A DNA stretch of 64,000 nucleotides from Candidatus Nanosyncoccaceae bacterium (GTDB taxonomy: Bacteria > Patescibacteriota > Saccharimonadia > Saccharimonadales > Saccharimonadaceae), in NCBI GenBank assembly GCA_045603785.1, contig JAZUMV010000001.1, positions 9,343 through 73,342 on the forward strand. The letters are read 5' to 3'. Positions 61,411-64,000 of the stretch are shown one piece after another. The notes under the pieces were generated by a model. The model ran no database searches, had not been told where the DNA came from, and saw only the letters and a list, made by a program, of their open reading frames with translations. Every line of letters begins with the position of its first letter. The first letter of the stretch is position 1. The position numbers and the translations under genes are program-made.

Positions 61411-61441
61411 AAATAAGCCCGTCCTTTATAAGGGCGGGCTT
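61411..61441 (-). terminator. Intrinsic terminator after purE
   Basis: aagcccgtcc-tttataa-gggcgggctt; on the minus strand it is followed by a T-rich run. Confidence 0.65.
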
Positions 61442-61450
61442 ATCTGTGAG

Positions 61451-61939
61451 TTAGGAAAAATTGCCGCTGATTGCCTCATCGTCCTCGTAGACCTTGCTGG
61501 ACATGACTGCGCGCTCCTCGCTGAGTTTCTCTCGGATGTTTTCGTCCTGGAGTGCGAGGATCTCACAAGCGGCGATGGCTGCGTTTTTGGCAGCGTCGAG
61601 TCCGACCGTGAGCACTGGAATGCCGGGCGGCATCTGGAGCATAGACAGGATTGAGTCCTGCAGGCCATACTTGCTGCTTAGCGGCAGGCCGATGACGGGT
61701 TTTGTCGTGACGGCGGCGAGGCAACCGGGCAAAGCGGCGGCCATGCCGGCGGCGGCGATAAAAATTCGAGCGGACGGAACTTCAGCGATGTGCTTGACGA
61801 GCTCCGGTGTGCGATGGGCGCTGGCGATGTGGACGCTGAAAGATATTCCCTTTTTCTGAAGATACTCGATTGCGGGATAGACCTTCTCTTTGTCGGATTT
61901 GCTGCCCATTACGATGGTAATTTCGGGTGTAGCGCTCAT
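61451..61939 (-). CDS. purE: PurE-family (N5-CAIR mutase-like) protein
   Basis: IVMGSKSD, ASAHRTPE, AAAGMAAALPG and PVIGLPL blocks of the PurE fold. AAGGAGG SD. Confidence 0.8.
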   Translation of the reverse strand: MSATPEITIVMGSKSDKEKVYPAIEYLQKKGISFSVHIASAHRTPELVKHIAEVPSARIFIAAAGMAAALPGCLAAVTTKPVIGLPLSSKYGLQDSILSMLQMPPGIPVLTVGLDAAKNAAIAACEILALQDENIREKLSEERAVMSSKVYEDDEAISGNFS

Positions 61940-62061
61940 GGATTATTCCTCCTTTTTGAAAATAGCGAAACGGCCCGTGTGGCCGTTTTATACTTATAGT
62001 TATATCATATAATCAATATTTTGCAATAAGAAGACTTTTTGTATGCCTAAGGCAAGGCATG

Positions 62062-62092
62062 AAAAAGCCCCCTGCCGTAAAGACTGGGGGCT
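62062..62092 (-). terminator. Intrinsic terminator after the 62168 gene
   Basis: agccccc...gggggct; on the minus strand it is followed by ttttt. Confidence 0.7.
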
Positions 62093-62167
62093 TCATGAAG
62101 AGATTAAGTAATGGAGCGTTCGCATAACTCCTGAACATACCTATCCGGAAGGATTGTTTGCTCTTGT

Positions 62168-63340
62168 TTACTTTTCCGTCAGAAGTGCTTCGGCGGTGAA
62201 CAGCTCGTTGTCTTTCGCAACGATTTCCTCGAGCTGCTGCTGCGTTTCATTGAACATCGCCTCGAGTTTCTCTGCGAGCTCTTGGGCTTTTGCACCCTTA
62301 TTCCAGCCGCAGGCCTGGTGCCAGGTTTTGGCCTGGCTCGAGGCGATCATAATGTTGACTTTGCATCCACACTTGATCATTTTTTTGCCGATCGTGACGC
62401 TATTTCTATTTTCGTCAATCTCGATGTCGTTGGTGTCTCTTGCGAGTAACACAACTTGCGCTGGGTGATGCTTGGCAATATCGCCTTCAAGTCGTGCGAT
62501 TTCCCCCTCGGCGGCCTCATCCTCAATGAAGATGCCGTACGCTTCGGGAGCGGTACTGGAGTAGGAATAATAACTGCGACGTAACGCGTCTTCCGAGTAT
62601 GCGTTTGCGATGGGATATCCGAAAAGGATATTTCCATCATCGCTAAAACCAACGAATATAAAATTGGTTTGCTCGGTGCAGAGGCGTTTTTCTCCCCATT
62701 CGGGCTCATTGTTCGAAAGCGTGTAGAACACGCTCTTTGCAATATGCCCCGTTTTCTTCGTGGCCTTGATCTGCTGTTGAAGCAGCTTAATCTTCGCCTG
62801 AAGGCTATCCGTGACTGCTTGCGGTCTAAGGATTCCATTTACAGCCAGGAATTCGTCCTTGGTGGCTTTCAGCGTGTCTTCCGCCTCGCTGATGGAGGAT
62901 TTGATGGCCTCCAGCTGAGCTTTGGCGTCAGCTATTTTAGCTTCGGCTTCGACTTCGGCTGCTTTGTTTGCTTCGACGGTCTGCTCCAGTACGTCTTTGG
63001 CGGACTGAATCTGTTTCTTGAGGTCCTCGGTTTTGGCCCAGGCCTCATCATAGCAACCATTTGCTTTTTTAAGCTCGCTAAATTCATACTCGAGTCTTTT
63101 GGCTTCTTCGGTCTTTTCTCGTAATTCTTTTTCAAGACGAGATGAGCGAGAGGTTGCTTTTTCCAGCTTCTGGCTGAATTCGTCTGTGAGCTTTTCCTTT
63201 TCTGCGACGAGCATGCTTTCGGCTGCCTGTGCATCTGCTGCGGACTGCTTTTTGCTCGCAACGGTTTTGCTGAGGTAGATTCCTTCGACAACAGCGGTGA
63301 TTATCGCAATAATTGCGATGACGATAAGAATGGTATTCAT
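62168..63340 (-). CDS. Hypothetical N-terminally anchored long coiled-coil protein with an unknown C-terminal domain (390 aa)
   Basis: Start at MNTILIVIAIIAIITAVVEG after AGGAGG. About 190 aa of heptad-like Glu/Lys/Ala-rich sequence follow, then a Cys-containing globular region (KCGCKVN...WHQACGW). Confidence 0.6.
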   Translation of the reverse strand: MNTILIVIAIIAIITAVVEGIYLSKTVASKKQSAADAQAAESMLVAEKEKLTDEFSQKLEKATSRSSRLEKELREKTEEAKRLEYEFSELKKANGCYDEAWAKTEDLKKQIQSAKDVLEQTVEANKAAEVEAEAKIADAKAQLEAIKSSISEAEDTLKATKDEFLAVNGILRPQAVTDSLQAKIKLLQQQIKATKKTGHIAKSVFYTLSNNEPEWGEKRLCTEQTNFIFVGFSDDGNILFGYPIANAYSEDALRRSYYSYSSTAPEAYGIFIEDEAAEGEIARLEGDIAKHHPAQVVLLARDTNDIEIDENRNSVTIGKKMIKCGCKVNIMIASSQAKTWHQACGWNKGAKAQELAEKLEAMFNETQQQLEEIVAKDNELFTAEALLTEK

Positions 63341-63494
63341 TAGCTTTCCTCCTAGAATAAGGGACATACCTCTATATGCGAACAATGAATCTCTTCATTT
63401 ATAAAGGTACGTCCGTAAAGTATTTTCCTTTCCGGATATGCTTATATTATACCATAATTAGTGCAAAAAGTCAATCCGGATTTGGGTTAAATAT

Positions 63495-63528
63495 AAAAAA
63501 TAACCCGCTCATGTGGCGGGATATTTTT
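63495..63528 (-). terminator. Intrinsic terminator after polA
   Basis: The cccgc-tcatgtg-gcggg stem is flanked by A6 and T6 runs. Confidence 0.7.
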
Positions 63529-63533
63529 TGTGC

Positions 63534-64000
63534 TTACATTTCGCCCCAGTTATTGGCGACTTTGATGTCGACGGCGAGTTTAACTTTAAAATCTGGCGCG
63601 ACGTTTTCCATCTTGTCTTGGAGGATTTTAGCAACTTCCTCGGCTTGGTTTTTATCACATTCAACCATGAGGGAGTCGTGGATTTGCAATACGAGCTTAG
63701 CGCCTTCTGGGAGGGCTTTGTCGACTTCAAGCATGGCGCGCTTCATGAGGTCGGCCTCTGTGCCCTGAATTGGCATATTGGCGGCAGCGCGTTCAGCGGC
63801 AGCACGGACTTGGAAGTTTGGTGCAGCTAGATCTGGAGTTGGGCGACGGCGGCCAAAGAAGGTTTCGACATAGCCGAATTTGCGGCCATGTTCGAGCTGG
63901 GCCTTGAGGAAGTCTGCGATTGGCGCGCGGAGTTGCATGTATTTATCTATGAAGGTTTTGGCTTCGTGGAAGGTCATGCCGGTGCCGTCGGCGAGGCTTT
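63534..64000 (-). CDS. polA: DNA polymerase I, C-terminal (palm/fingers) end; the rest lies beyond the window
   Basis: GRRRPTPDL, ERAAANMPIQGTEADLMK (motif B) and LQIHDSLMVE (motif C). The ORF is open at the right edge. Confidence 0.9.
   Translation of the reverse strand, partial: SLADGTGMTFHEAKTFIDKYMQLRAPIADFLKAQLEHGRKFGYVETFFGRRRPTPDLAAPNFQVRAAAERAAANMPIQGTEADLMKRAMLEVDKALPEGAKLVLQIHDSLMVECDKNQAEEVAKILQDKMENVAPDFKVKLAVDIKVANNWGEM

Noticed and set aside
60578-61411. 277-aa minus-strand ORF
   Set aside because: It is antisense to the 60563-61303 ORF, which has the promoter, SD and terminator. The minus ORF runs through the plus-strand terminator and has an Arg/Leu-rich composition typical of antisense frames. 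Residual uncertainty is noted in the findings.
1-64000. CRISPR arrays, rRNA genes, IS elements, integrases, prophage structural genes
   Set aside because: I looked for regularly spaced repeats, rRNA signatures, and DDE/tyrosine/serine recombinase motifs in the ORF track. None were found.

Overview
This is a 64-kb chromosomal segment. By inference from gene content only, it resembles a small-genome Patescibacteria/CPR bacterium, most like Saccharibacteria (TM7). The supporting traits are four paralogous type IV pilins, a minimal dcw cluster, a class I aldolase, an H+-PPase, and many genes without a Shine-Dalgarno (SD) sequence or without a leader.

Gene content in order:
- cps-type regulatory trio: LCP, fused Wzz/BY-kinase, CpsB phosphatase.
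- rsmH-ftsL-ftsI-mraY-ftsW-murG, then tRNA-Glu(UUC), pyk, pgk.
- A 1.17-kb gene-free zone where gene orientation converges.
- A minus-strand operon: TraD/VirD4-like ATPase, membrane protein, GH25 muramidase.
- DUF2207, a sigma-region-4/HARE-HTH protein, hppA, topA, pth, a PIN-PhoH-like ATPase, der.
- Three tandem pilins, VanZ, tRNA-Glu(CUC), gltX, DUF3048, MscS, MBL-fold and alpha/beta hydrolases.
- uvrB, murD with a PP-loop MurL-like partner, uvrA, L25, a fourth pilin, a PfkB-like::class I aldolase fusion, purE, and the polA 3' end.

No rRNA, CRISPR array, transposase or integrase was seen.

Most unusual signals:
1. Two ~240-nt modules (13907-14143 and 45410-45649). Each is a convergent pair of long hairpins whose stems are unrelated in sequence. 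Their 22-nt loops share one conserved core (GCTCCRCTWCGYTCTTGACGCT) in inverted orientation. A core-less copy of one stem lies at 45237-45263.
2. Iteron-like ACAGGGGT repeats flanking an AT-rich core inside the gene desert.
3. Three orphan promoter-to-terminator units with no ORF: ~290 nt, ~445 nt and ~73 nt.
4. Compositionally foreign GC-rich accessory genes driven by perfect sigma70-type promoters.
5. Back-to-back leaderless promoters.

All functional calls come from motif recognition by eye. No database search was run.
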